Assembly (NCBI RefSeq): GCF_000146505.1
Contig: NC_017448.1
Coordinates: 2,010,001 to 2,042,000 of the forward strand
Direction: 5' to 3'
Source: Fibrobacter succinogenes subsp. succinogenes S85
Lineage (GTDB): Bacteria > Fibrobacterota > Fibrobacteria > Fibrobacterales > Fibrobacteraceae
DNA: 32,000 nt
Shown here piece by piece: positions 13,363-22,993 of this stretch; positions within the stretch are counted from its first letter, which is position 1; each line of letters begins with the position of its first letter. The notes beneath the pieces were generated by a model. It made no database searches, was not told where the DNA came from, and worked only from the letters and a program-made list of their open reading frames with translations. A program made the translations under genes and the position numbers.

Positions 13363-13737
13363 TTACTTAAGGGTAACCTTTGCTCCGAGTTCTTCGAGTT
13401 TCTTCTTGAGAGCTTCGGCGTCAGCCTTCGGTGCAGCTTCCTTGATGACGCTGTTGGCAGTTTCGACGACCTTCTTAGCTTCAGCGAGGCCGAGACCCGT
13501 GATAGCGCGAACTTCCTTGAGGATAGCCATCTTCTTGGCCGGATCGATTTCGGCGAGGATGACGTCGAATTCAGTCTTTTCTTCAGCAGGAGCTGCAGCA
13601 GCTGCAGCCATAACTACAGCGCCACCGGCAGCGGCTTCGATGCCGTGGGTTTCTTTAAGGTAGTCAGCCAAAGCCTTGGCTTCGAGAAGGGTAAGACCAA
13701 CGATTTGATCGCCCAATGCCTTGATATCAGTTGCCAT
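13363..13737 (-). CDS. rplL: 50S ribosomal protein L7/L12
   Basis: 124 aa with an Ala-rich hinge ([16 protein letters not shown]) and C-terminal [19 protein letters not shown]...[11 protein letters not shown]. Confidence 0.97.
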   Translation of the reverse strand: MATDIKALGDQIVGLTLLEAKALADYLKETHGIEAAAGGAVVMAAAAAAPAEEKTEFDVILAEIDPAKKMAILKEVRAITGLGLAEAKKVVETANSVIKEAAPKADAEALKKKLEELGAKVTLK

Positions 13738-13788
13738 GATGTGTTTCTCCGATTATTCCGTTTAAAATTTTTGGTTTGTGGTTTGTTG

Positions 13789-14322
13789 TTAAGCTTCCGC
13801 TGCAGCAGGGGCTGCTTCGGAACCCGATTCTTTTTCCAGTTTTTCCTGGAGGGTCTTGAGCTGACCGGCGATCGTGGAGCCAGGTCCGAGAGCGATAGAG
13901 ACGATCATTGCGATCATGCCCTTACGATCCGGAATCTTGGAGAGGTTCACGACTTCGGAGCCCGGCATTGCCTTGCCATCAAGGTAAATGCTCTTGGCAA
14001 CCAAGAAATCAGGGTTTGCTTTGTGGAATGCTTCAATTTCGCGAGCCGGCAGGAGCGGGTCTTCTTCGAAACCGACCATCACAGACGTTGCGCCAGTGAG
14101 GGAGTCGTTGAGACCTTCAACCTTGAGTGCTTCGAGAACGCGCTTGAGAAGAGTGTTCTTCACAGCGTGGTACTTGACACCCTTAGCAGCGAGGGCCTTG
14201 CGGAGGGCATTGTCCTTATCGACAGTGATGCCCTGGAAATTGAGCAGATAGACGGCGGTAGCGCCCTTGAAGGACTCGACGAGCGCGTCCACGGTCTGTT
14301 GTTTTTTAACTACAGCTTTCAT
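13789..14322 (-). CDS. rplJ: 50S ribosomal protein L10
   Basis: 177 aa between rplA and rplL. L10-like N-terminus (KQQTVDALVESFKGATAVYLLNFQGITV). Confidence 0.95.
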   Translation of the reverse strand: MKAVVKKQQTVDALVESFKGATAVYLLNFQGITVDKDNALRKALAAKGVKYHAVKNTLLKRVLEALKVEGLNDSLTGATSVMVGFEEDPLLPAREIEAFHKANPDFLVAKSIYLDGKAMPGSEVVNLSKIPDRKGMIAMIVSIALGPGSTIAGQLKTLQEKLEKESGSEAAPAAAEA

Positions 14323-14330
14323 GGTTTCTC

Positions 14331-15017
14331 CTAGCGCGTCAGTGCCATATCAAGTTTGATGCCCGGGGCCATCGTAGCCGTCAATGTGAGGCTCTTGATG
14401 TAAGTGCCCTTAGAAGATTGAGGCTTGTTCTTCACAACAGAGTCGATGACAGACTTCGTGTTTTCAACGAGCTGATCGGCAGTGAAGGAAAGCTTGCCAA
14501 CCGGAGCGTGGACGTTAGCGCCCTTGTCAACGCGGTAGGAAATCTTACCGGCCTTGAGTTCCTTGACGGTCTGAGCGACGTTAACAGTCACCGTACCAGC
14601 CTTGGGGCTCGGCATCATACCACGAGGACCGAGGACACGTGCGACCTTACTAATCACCGGCATCATGTCGGGAGTAGCAACGACGGCGTCAAAATCCAGC
14701 CAGCCTTCCTGAATCTTCTGAACCAAGTCGGCACCACCAGCGTAGTCAGCACCTGCGGCTTTGGCAACTTCAAGGTTGTTGTCCTTGCAGAACACCAAGA
14801 CGCGGACCTGACGACCGGTACCATGCGGAAGCACGACAGTGCCACGAACCACTTGGTCGGAATGTTTTGGGTCCACACCGAGATTGAAGTGTACTTCGAC
14901 CGTCTGGTCGAACTTCAATTCGGACTTTTTGAGTATTTCGATTGCTTCCTTCAAATCGTACGCTTTGGTGCGATCGAAAGATTCAGCAATCTTTTTGTAT
15001 TTTTTTCCTCTGAACAT
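14331..15017 (-). CDS. rplA: 50S ribosomal protein L1
   Basis: 228 aa, with [33 protein letters not shown] and [12 protein letters not shown]. Confidence 0.97.
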   Translation of the reverse strand: MFRGKKYKKIAESFDRTKAYDLKEAIEILKKSELKFDQTVEVHFNLGVDPKHSDQVVRGTVVLPHGTGRQVRVLVFCKDNNLEVAKAAGADYAGGADLVQKIQEGWLDFDAVVATPDMMPVISKVARVLGPRGMMPSPKAGTVTVNVAQTVKELKAGKISYRVDKGANVHAPVGKLSFTADQLVENTKSVIDSVVKNKPQSSKGTYIKSLTLTATMAPGIKLDMALTR

Positions 15018-15057
15018 GAAATTTTCCTGTCAGATACGTAACGGTGAATTACCTGCC

Positions 15058-15483
15058 TCAGTCAACCACTTCAATACCCATGGAGCGAGCAGTACCCGCA
15101 ACCATGCGCTTGGCGGCTTCGAGGTCGATTGTGTTTAGATCCGGCATCTTCTTTTGGGCGATTTCCGTGATCTGGGCTTGAGTGATCTTGCCAACTTTCT
15201 TACGGTTGGGTTCACCAGAGCCGCTCTGCACGCCAGTAGCCTTCTTGATGAGGGCCGGAACCGGCGAGACCTTCGTGATGAAGGTGAAGCTCTTGTCAGC
15301 GTAGACCGTGATGACGACCGGCACAATCATGCCCTTGTCATTCTGAGTCTTAGCGTTAAACTGTTTGCAGAACTCCATGATGTTCACGCCCTTCTGACCA
15401 AGGGCAGGACCTACCGGCGGAGCTGGGTTAGCTGCGCCACCGGGAATCTGGAGCTTAATATAACCTGTGATTTTCTTTGCCAC
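15058..15483 (-). CDS. rplK: 50S ribosomal protein L11
   Basis: 141 aa, [43 protein letters not shown]. Confidence 0.97.
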   Translation of the reverse strand: MAKKITGYIKLQIPGGAANPAPPVGPALGQKGVNIMEFCKQFNAKTQNDKGMIVPVVITVYADKSFTFITKVSPVPALIKKATGVQSGSGEPNRKKVGKITQAQITEIAQKKMPDLNTIDLEAAKRMVAGTARSMGIEVVD

Positions 15484-15515
15484 TGTATTATCTCCGTTTC
15501 AAAGACCGTAATCAA

Positions 15516-16055
15516 TTATGCGTCGGCGGATTCAACCTGGTTAAAGGCGAGTTCGACTGGCGTAGAACGACCAAAAACGGAAACCATGACCTTGATCTTG
15601 GCTTCCATAATTTCATCTACGACGCCCACAAAGCCCTTGAACGGACCTTCCTTGATGCAGACATTTTCGCCAATTGTATACGGAATTTGGATCTCGCCTT
15701 CGATGGAGTTTTCAGGATCAACACCCAGAAGACGATCGACCTCGCTCTGACGAAGCGGAATAGGTACTCGAGAAGCGCGAGTCATTCCGCCGAAATGGGT
15801 GACACCATTGATGGTGGACACCAGGTGCTGGGTGAGCTCGTCCAGCTCCATTTCAATAATGATATATGCAGGAAACAAATTTTGGACGCTTATCCGACGC
15901 TTACCGCGAACGTTGGAAACAACTTCGCGAGTAGGCACGATAATACGTCCAAATTTATCTTGAACGCCTTCGCGCTCAATCATTTGCTCAAGGCGTTTCT
16001 TGATATTGTTTTCTTGACCGGTAAAGGTGTGAACGGCATACCACTGCATGGACAT
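15516..16055 (-). CDS. nusG: transcription termination/antitermination factor NusG
   Basis: 179 aa, MQWYAVHTFTGQEN N-terminal NGN domain and a C-terminal KOW (GENVCIKEGPFKGFVGVVDEI). Conserved position after secE. Confidence 0.95.
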   Translation of the reverse strand: MSMQWYAVHTFTGQENNIKKRLEQMIEREGVQDKFGRIIVPTREVVSNVRGKRRISVQNLFPAYIIIEMELDELTQHLVSTINGVTHFGGMTRASRVPIPLRQSEVDRLLGVDPENSIEGEIQIPYTIGENVCIKEGPFKGFVGVVDEIMEAKIKVMVSVFGRSTPVELAFNQVESADA

Positions 16056-16058
16056 ACA

Positions 16059-16247
16059 CTAACCTCTACCCATGATGAAATTGACAATCCAAGAGAGCAC
16101 AAAGTCGAGCCCTGCAATATAGAATCCCATGATAACGCTGAAAAGCATTACAACAAGAGTAGAACCTTTAAGCTCTTCCCAAGTGGGCCAAGTAACCTGT
16201 TTCAGTTCTTGGACAGATTCTGATACATATTGCTGAACCTTACGCAT
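16059..16247 (-). CDS. secE: preprotein translocase subunit SecE
   Basis: 62 aa with a single TM (TLVVMLFSVIMGFYIAGLDFVL), preceded by ELKQVTWPTWEEL. Conserved position before nusG. Confidence 0.85.
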   Translation of the reverse strand: MRKVQQYVSESVQELKQVTWPTWEELKGSTLVVMLFSVIMGFYIAGLDFVLSWIVNFIMGRG

Positions 16248-16266
16248 TTTTTCTCCGGGAAGTGAG

Positions 16267-16339
16267 CAGGTCGAGAGGGACTCGAACCCCCAACCAACGG
16301 TTTTGGAGACCGTGACTCTACCAATTGAGCTATCGACCT
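16267..16339 (-). tRNA. tRNA-Trp (anticodon CCA)
   Basis: Hand-folded. Acceptor AGGTCGA/TCGACCT, anticodon stem ACGGT/ACCGT with loop CTCCAAA, T arm GGGGG-TTCGAGT-CCCTC. 3' CCA is not encoded. Confidence 0.9.
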
Positions 16340-16351
16340 ATTCGGACTTCC

Positions 16352-16504
16352 TTACTTGGATTCCTTGTGAACAGTATGCTTGCGGCAGAAGCGGCAGTAC
16401 TTCTTGTATTCCACGCGGGAAGGATGAAGACGCTTGTTCTTGTCGCAATCATAGTTGCGCTGATTGCATTCTGTGCATTCAAGCACGATGAGTTCTCTAG
16501 GCAT
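16352..16504 (-). CDS. rpmG: 50S ribosomal protein L33
   Basis: Not in the ORF track (50 aa). The minus strand translates to [50 protein letters not shown], with two CxxC pairs typical of zinc-type L33. AGGA precedes the ATG. Confidence 0.9.
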   Translation of the reverse strand: MPRELIVLECTECNQRNYDCDKNKRLHPSRVEYKKYCRFCRKHTVHKESK

Positions 16505-16516
16505 TTTTAATCCTGA

Positions 16517-17701
16517 TTACTTGATGATTTCGGTTACAGAACCTGCACCAACCGTGCGGCCACCTTCACGGATAGCGAAGCGGAGCTGCTTTTCCATAGC
16601 GATCGGAGCGATGAGGTTCACGTGGATCGTGACCGTGTCACCCGGAGTAACCATTTCGACACCTTCCGGGAGCTGGATCGTACCAGTAACGTCGGTGGTG
16701 CGGAAGTAGAACTGCGGACGGTAGCCATTCATGAACGGCGTGTGACGGCCACCTTCGTCCTTCGTGAGAACGTAGATTTCAGCCTTAAATTCGGTGTGCG
16801 GAGTGACAGACTTCGGAGCTGCGAGAACCATGCCACGGACGATGTCCTTCTTTTCAGCACCACGGAGGAGGAGACCAACGTTGTCACCTGCCTGAGCGTC
16901 GTCGAGGAGCTTACGGAACATTTCAACACCGGTGATGACGTATTCGGTGGTTTCACCGAGACCGATACGTTCAACCTTGTCGTTCAAGCGAACGACACCG
17001 CGTTCGATACGGCCAGTAGCGACAGTGCCGCGGCCAGTAATCGTGAACACGTCTTCGATCGGCATGAGGAACGGCTTGTCGGTATCGCGCTGCGGGAGCG
17101 GGATGTATTCGTCGCAAGCGTTCATGAGTTCCATGACCTTGTCCTGGTATTCCGGATCGCCTTCGAGGGCCTTGAGAGCGGAACCACGGATGATCGGGGT
17201 GTTGTCACCGTCGAAGTCATACTTGGAGAGGAGTTCGCGAACTTCCATTTCGACGAGGTCGAGAATTTCAGCATCGTCAACCATGTCGCACTTGTTCATG
17301 AACACGACGATCTTCGGCACGCCAACCTGGTGAGCGAGAAGGATGTGTTCGCGAGTCTGCGGCATCGGACCGTCAGTAGCGGCAACAACGAGGATAGCGC
17401 CGTCCATCTGAGCAGCACCAGTCACCATGTTCTTCACATAGTCAGCATGCCCCGGGCAGTCGACGTGTGCGTAGTGACGGTTAGCGGTGGTGTATTCGAC
17501 GTGAGAAGTATTGATCGTGATACCACGAGCCTTTTCTTCCGGAGCGTTGTCGATTTCATCGAAACGCTTTGCAGCGGCGAGACCCTTAGCAGCGAGAGTC
17601 GTGCAGATTGCTGCAGTAAGAGTGGTTTTACCGTGGTCAACGTGACCGATGGTGCCGATGTTGCAATGCGGCTTACTTCTGTCAAAATGTTCTTTTGCCA
17701 T
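16517..17701 (-). CDS. tuf: elongation factor Tu
   Basis: 394 aa, with [18 protein letters not shown] and NKCD G-motifs. Confidence 0.99.
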
Positions 17702-17724
17702 TATTCTATCTCCATTTTAGTGAG

Positions 17725-17796
<72 letters not shown>

Positions 17797-17838
17797 ATAA
17801 GCCCTACGATGCCTTAGACACCGTAGGGCTGATTGTCG

Positions 17839-17921
17839 TGGGCCGTCGTGGTTTCGAACCACGGTAGGCGTAAGCCAACGGATTTACAGTCCGTCCCCTT
17901 TAACCACTCGGGCAACGACCC
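17839..17921 (-). tRNA. tRNA-Tyr (anticodon GUA), long variable arm
   Basis: Hand-folded. Acceptor GGGTCGT/ACGGCCC, anticodon loop CTGTAAA, extended variable arm, T loop TTCGAAA. 83 nt. Confidence 0.9.
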
Positions 17922-17930
17922 ATTATGTAA

Positions 17931-18003
17931 AGCCAAAGATAGGAATCGAACCTACGACCGGCTGATTACAAATCAGCTGCTCTACCAGCTGAGCTACTTT
18001 GGC
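17931..18003 (-). tRNA. tRNA-Thr (anticodon UGU)
   Basis: Hand-folded. Acceptor GCCAAAG/CTTTGGC, anticodon stem GCTGA/TCAGC with loop TTTGTAA, T arm GTAGG-TTCGATT-CCTAT. Confidence 0.9.
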
Positions 18004-18044
18004 GCTTCTCGCCTCAGTTCACTTGAGGAACTAAAGCGTGGCAA

Positions 18045-18073
18045 ATTTAATAAGATTTACCTAGTCTTGTCAA
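18045..18073 (-). promoter_or_regulatory. candidate promoter of the tRNA-tuf supercluster
   Basis: Minus-strand TTGACA (18068-18073), 17-nt spacer, TTAAAT (18045-18050), about 40 nt upstream of the first tRNA. An A/T-rich UP-like tract lies further upstream (18085-18120). Confidence 0.45.
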
Positions 18074-18341
18074 CAAGAATTGCGTTTTTTCTTGAAAAAA
18101 AATGAAATTTTTCAAAATACACGTAAACAAACTAGCGTAAAGAGTGTTAGTTGAGTGTTGATAGATTTTTAAGTGAAAAAATGAGCACTAATTTTAAGGA
18201 AATTTTCTATATTTTCTTTCGTAAAACACACTAACACAAGGAGATGCTCGCTCGGCGGCGGGCATGACAAAGTTCAGTAAGCAAACCCTTTTAGCTTTTC
18301 TAATTTGTTGTTCGAACTTAACACCCCCTATATAATTACAC

Positions 18342-18755
18342 ATGGAAAACAACTTTTCTTTCAAGACCCGCATTCAAGTCCGCTACGCAGAAACTGACGC
18401 TATGGGCGTCGTCCACCACGCTACCTACCCCATCTGGTTTGAACAGGCCCGCGTGGACTTTTTCCGCGCTGTAGGCGCCCCCTACGACGAAGTGGAACGC
18501 GAAGGGTTTGCAAGCCCGGTTCTCGAACTCAACGTGCAGTACAAGCGCCCGTGCCGCTTTGGCGATTTTGTTGATGTCGAAACAAAGCTCGTACACGAAG
18601 GACGCTGCAAGTACAAGTTCCTCTACCAGGTGACTTTGAACGGCGAACTCTGCACGACCGGTTATTCCGTACACGTATTCACGAAAGGCGGAGTCCCGAC
18701 ACGCGACAAGCCCGAATGCATCAAGAAAGTCGAAGACAAGATTTTTAGCGATTAA
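18342..18755 (+). CDS. acyl-CoA thioesterase, YbgC/4HBT hot-dog family
   Basis: 137 aa, with RVQVRYAETDAMGVVHHATY-type N-terminus (IQVRYAETDAMGVVHHATYPIWFEQARVDFF). Confidence 0.85.
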   Translation: MENNFSFKTRIQVRYAETDAMGVVHHATYPIWFEQARVDFFRAVGAPYDEVEREGFASPVLELNVQYKRPCRFGDFVDVETKLVHEGRCKYKFLYQVTLNGELCTTGYSVHVFTKGGVPTRDKPECIKKVEDKIFSD

Positions 18756-18773
18756 TTTTTATATAGTATAATC

Positions 18774-20069
18774 ATGGACGCCCCTTTAGCAGAACGCCTA
18801 CGCCCGCAAAACCTGGACGAGTTTCTCGGACAGAACAAGATTCTTGGACAGCAGAGCCTGTTGCGCAAGAGTCTTGAAAACGACTCCATCCCCAGCATGA
18901 TTTTCTGGGGACCTCCGGGTTGCGGAAAGACGAGCCTCGCCCACGTGATCCGCCAGCATACCAAGAAGCGCTTTGTCGCGCTTTCGGCAGTTGCAAGCGG
19001 CGTGAAGGAAGTCAAGGAAGTTCTCGCGGACGCTCGCCAGATGAAGAAGGCGTTCATGGACACAATCCTCTTCATCGACGAAATCCACCGCTTTAACAAG
19101 GGGCAGCAGGACGCACTCCTCGGCGCCGTGGAAGACGGCACGGTAACGCTCATCGGAGCGACCACGGAGAATCCGGGTTTCGAGGTGAATGGGGCTTTGC
19201 TCAGCCGTTGCCAGCTGATCCTTTTTGCGCCGTTAAGCAAAGAAGATTTGCGCACTTTGATTTTCAGCGCATTGCGTGACCACCCACGCGGTTTACAGCT
19301 CAAAGACGTTGAAGTCGAAGACTCCGTTGTCGACAAGCTTATCGCGCAGTCCGAAGGCGATGCAAGATTTTTGCTGAACCAGCTTGAATGGATAGGCAAG
19401 AACCTCGGCGACAACAAGAAAATCGACGAGAAGCTGCTCGAGGAATTCCAGTACAAGAAGCCCCTGCGCTACGACAAGAGCGGCGAAGAGCATTACAACC
19501 TCATTTCGGCATTGCACAAGTCCGTGCGCGGTTCCGACCCGGATGCGGCTCTTTACTGGCTCCACAGAATGCTGCAGGGTGGCGAAGACCCGCGATTCAT
19601 TTTGCGCCGCCTGATGCGCATGAGCATGGAAGACGTGGGACTTGCAGACCCGAACGCACTTTTGCTTGCGACAAGCGCCCGCGAAGCATACGATTTTATG
19701 GGAATCCCGGAAGGCTTGATCGCACTCGACGAGCTCGCGATTTACTTGGCGCTTGCGCCCAAGAGCAATAGTATTGAACTTGCGGGAATGAAGGCCGATT
19801 CCATCGTGAAGCAGACCGGTACGCTCCCCGTGCCGCGTGCCTACCGCAATTCAGTGACACGCGTCGGGAAACAGCTCGGCTACGGAAACGGCTACGAGTA
19901 CGATCACGACAGCCCGGGCGGATACTCTGCGCAGGAGCACTTGCCCACGCAACTTGTCGGCACGACGATTTACGAACCCAAGCCGTACGGGCGCGAAAAA
20001 GCGCTCGGTGAAAAACTCGCGCAGTTGAAGCAGTTAAAGAAAGAGCGGCAGGAAAAAGAAGGGAAATGA
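18774..20069 (+). CDS. rarA: replication-associated recombination protein A (AAA+ ATPase)
   Basis: 431 aa, with LAERLRPQNLDEFLGQ, Walker A GPPGCGKTS, Walker B LFIDEIHRFNK, and a C-terminal MgsA domain (HYNLISALHKSVRGSDPDAALYW). Confidence 0.93.
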   Translation: MDAPLAERLRPQNLDEFLGQNKILGQQSLLRKSLENDSIPSMIFWGPPGCGKTSLAHVIRQHTKKRFVALSAVASGVKEVKEVLADARQMKKAFMDTILFIDEIHRFNKGQQDALLGAVEDGTVTLIGATTENPGFEVNGALLSRCQLILFAPLSKEDLRTLIFSALRDHPRGLQLKDVEVEDSVVDKLIAQSEGDARFLLNQLEWIGKNLGDNKKIDEKLLEEFQYKKPLRYDKSGEEHYNLISALHKSVRGSDPDAALYWLHRMLQGGEDPRFILRRLMRMSMEDVGLADPNALLLATSAREAYDFMGIPEGLIALDELAIYLALAPKSNSIELAGMKADSIVKQTGTLPVPRAYRNSVTRVGKQLGYGNGYEYDHDSPGGYSAQEHLPTQLVGTTIYEPKPYGREKALGEKLAQLKQLKKERQEKEGK

Positions 20070-20074
20070 GCCCT

Positions 20075-20151
20075 GGATCCCCTCCCTGACGGTCGAGGAT
20101 GACGGTGTGAGGGATGTGAAGGCTCCAGTCATTGACGGTGTGTGGGATATG
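20075..20151. repeat. GTCATCC-type short intergenic repeat cluster (copy A)
   Basis: The reverse complement of 20075-20103 reads GTCATCCTCGACCGTCAGGGAGGGGATCC. Adjacent direct repeats GACGGTGTG(A/T)GGGAT lie at 20101-20115 and 20134-20148. Confidence 0.4.
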
Positions 20152-20180
20152 CGAGCAACACAAAAGAACTTGGAGGGAAA

Positions 20181-21927
20181 ATGGACTTTACAGCAATCAA
20201 GAAATACCCGAACCAAATTTCAACGGCGTTTAAAAGGTTCCCTCTTGCATCATTATTTGCCGTATTCTCGACCATCGCATTCTTAATTGTTTGCGAAAGC
20301 TTTAACATCCCCAGCGAACAATCCGCCAGATTCATCCTCTGGCTTGCGATTTATCCCATCGCAGCGATGCTCATCGCCCTCAACACTTCACTCGTTCAAG
20401 AAGCCCTAAAAAACAGAAACCCCAAAATCCAAGCCATTACAGGCATCGCATGGTTTGTCATTTCATGGTTGATAGTCCTCTATCCAAACACATTAAACGA
20501 TTATGAAATGAGCCAGACCATAGGAGCGCTCGTTTTCATATACACGACAATCTTTTTGGGCCTATTCGTCGCACCATTCTTTAAACAAAAAAAACGAAAA
20601 CGCCTTTTGGGTCCACCTGACGAAAACAGTTAAATCTCTCGTCGTCGCCACAATCGTTGCAGGGCTTCTACTTCTTGCAATGGAACTCCTCTTTCTAGGA
20701 TTCTTCGGCCTATTTGGTTTTACAGACCCTTCCGAAAGGCCTTTCTTATACATATTCATTTTCTGTACGAGCACCGTACTGCCGCTCTTGTTCTTTTCGA
20801 CACTCCCAACCATTGACGAATGCCTAGAGACAACACCCACGTCAAGCAAATTCGTCACAAGCATTTGCCAATTTTTATTCATCCCGGTACTCGCCGTTTC
20901 CATAGCGCTCTTTTACTGCTACATCCTCAAATTTTTCATCATACAGGACATTCCGTACGAAGTCATCATTTGGCTCGTCGTCACTTTCATGGTTTTCATG
21001 CTGGCGTTAAACATCGTCATGTACCCGTCACGTCTGAATCCCAATCCGACTCTCGAAAAGAAAGTCCTCAAAATTTTCCCCATCGCCATATTCCCTCTCG
21101 TCCTCTTGATGACTTTATCCATATTCCAGTTGATGGCCGACGAAATAGACGAATTGATCATCTACCTTATCGCGACCAACATCTTTTTCTACATCGCCAT
21201 AGCCATACTGCTCATCAAAAAAATCGAATGCAAGTCCAAATACATGGCCATTGCCTTTTGCGCCATACTCCTCATCGTCTGCGTAGGGCCGCTAAGCGCA
21301 CCGAATAGCATCAATTACGTTTGGCAAAATAAAATCAAAAACGAACTTACCAAACAAGGCTACACCGAATTTCCGCTGAACGAAGCAAGCACCGAAAAAT
21401 TCATACAGACGCTCAGGAACAACAACGATTCCGATTCAAGAAAAATCCTTTCGTACATGCTTTCAACAAGTAATTCAGAAAATGCAAGCGTTTCCAAATA
21501 TTTTTCTACAGAGCGATCTCTAGAGGACATCGACCGACTCGTCCGAGATGCCATGGAAAAGAGTGCAAGCGAAGACACCACCGAAATATTCGATACCTTC
21601 GAAGCGAACATCAGCAATGTCAACCAGAATGCGCTTAAGATTCCCCAAGGCGTAAAACAAGCATTCTTCATAAATCTTGATTTCGATAACGACGATTTTC
21701 AATACCGTGGCGACACGCTCTCGTTCTTAATCACTATTACAGATGACCAAGACACTTCAAAGCATTCCACTTACGATTTCCGCATTACCAAGCAAGAACT
21801 TGAGATAGATTCCTTAAACACCATTGAAACGGACAGCGCTATAATAGGGATTAGGGAATTGCATACGGAGCAATGGTCCAAAACCGGACGATCGCTCAGA
21901 ATCGACGGGTTACTGTTTATAAAGTAA
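20181..21927 (+). pseudogene. polytopic membrane protein gene interrupted by a +1 frameshift in an A8 tract (paralog of 24725-26479)
   Basis: ORFs 20142-20633 and 20680-21927 are consecutive pieces of one gene. The likely start is ATG 20181 (GGAGGG 4 nt upstream). Removing one A from A8 (20587-20594) gives FFKQKNENAFWVH, colinear with WNQKNDNALWFFH of the intact paralog. Confidence 0.75.
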
Positions 21928-21952
21928 ATCATCACTGGATCCTACAGCTTCT

Positions 21953-22014
21953 GTCACTCTGGAGCCAAAGGCGATAGAGTCTATTGTCTATACCTTCACT
22001 ACGTTCAGGATGAC
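21953..22014. repeat. GTCATCC-type short intergenic repeats (copies B' and B, inverted pair)
   Basis: 21953-21981 reads GTCACTCTGGAGCCAAAGGCGATAGAGTC. The reverse complement of 21990-22014 reads GTCATCCTGAACGTAGTGAAGGTAT. Confidence 0.4.
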
Positions 22015-22144
22015 GTCACTAAGCTCTACCAACTACCACACCAATGACACACGCTTGTATCATATTTTAAAAATTTCAAAAAAATTTGTAAAAAAATGCC
22101 ATTTTTTATTATAAAAACACAATTTTTGTAATATTTTTAATTTC

Positions 22145-22993
22145 ATGAAACCAATAATCGAATACAACGATTATCGCCTTTACATGCGAGACTTTTACGA
22201 AGAACGTAAAAGGACATCTTACTTTACTTGGCGAGAATTTGCAAGCCTTGCCGGTTTTGTTTCCCCGACCTACCTCAAGCTGGTCTGCGACGGGAATACG
22301 CGCCTGAGCAAGCCAGGAATAGCAAAAGTCGCACGAGCCATGGGGCTAGAAGGATTCGACTACACCTATTTCGGGCTGCTCGTCAAATTCGGGAACGCGA
22401 AAAGTGCTACAGAAAAGGAGGAGGCACTTCGCGAACTCGGGCGCGAAGCGAGCATGAACAAAATACGCATCCTCGACGCAGACGCATTCCGCTACTACGA
22501 GATGCCCACCTGCCCCATCGTGCGTGAACTCGCCCCGCTCATGCCAAATGCGAACCCCTGCGAAATCGCCGATAAAATCCGTGAAAAGACATCGGCGCTC
22601 AACGTCCGCGAAATTTTGCAATTCCTGGTAAAATCAGGACTCCTCGTCAAAACGGGCGATGGCACTTACGAACAAACTGAAAAATCCATCAAAGGTTCCA
22701 AGGAAGCCATCCCGCTCGCCATCCGCACCATGAACAAGAAGATGGCAGCACTCGCCACACGTTCCATCGAAAAAGACCCCGTCGAAGAACGCAATTTTTC
22801 GGGCGTCACCATGGGCATCGACGAATCCGCCTACGCCCGCATCGTTGACGTTATCAACGACTGCCGCAAAAAAGTGATTGACATCGCCCGCGAATGCAAG
22901 AACATCAACCAGGTCTATCGACTGAACTTACAACTTTTTCCGCTAACGGACAAAATAAGCAAAAGGGATTGCAAAAAAGGAGGACAACAATGA
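22145..22993 (+). CDS. TIGR02147-like (DUF4423-type) HTH protein of unknown function
   Basis: 282 aa with no signal peptide or TM. The N-terminus YNDYRLYMRDFYEERKRTSYFTWREFASLAGFVSPTYLKLVCDGNTRLS matches my recollection of the TIGR02147 family start. A winged-helix-like segment ILQFLVKSGLLVKTGDGTYE lies mid-protein. Confidence 0.75.
   Translation: MKPIIEYNDYRLYMRDFYEERKRTSYFTWREFASLAGFVSPTYLKLVCDGNTRLSKPGIAKVARAMGLEGFDYTYFGLLVKFGNAKSATEKEEALRELGREASMNKIRILDADAFRYYEMPTCPIVRELAPLMPNANPCEIADKIREKTSALNVREILQFLVKSGLLVKTGDGTYEQTEKSIKGSKEAIPLAIRTMNKKMAALATRSIEKDPVEERNFSGVTMGIDESAYARIVDVINDCRKKVIDIARECKNINQVYRLNLQLFPLTDKISKRDCKKGGQQ

Noticed and set aside
13645-16223. Plus-strand ORFs of 200-250 aa (13645-14334, 14418-15041, 15154-15750, 15477-16223) opposite rplJ, rplA, rplK and nusG
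   Set aside because: Each is antisense to a confidently identified ribosomal or nusG gene and has no independent support.
18752-19456. 234-aa minus-strand ORF opposite rarA
   Set aside because: Its Ser/Arg/Cys-rich shadow translation overlaps a full-length AAA+ RarA with intact Walker motifs.
20562-20903. 113-aa minus-strand ORF spanning the frameshift junction of the split membrane gene
   Set aside because: The plus-strand reading is explained by clear paralogy to 24725-26479 across the junction, and the minus ORF has no features of its own.
22894-22989. Upstream extension of the FISUMP lipoprotein ORF (track start 22894)
   Set aside because: The extension lies wholly inside the preceding gene and lacks signal-peptide character. 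ATG 22990 has a strong AGGAGG and yields a proper lipoprotein signal.
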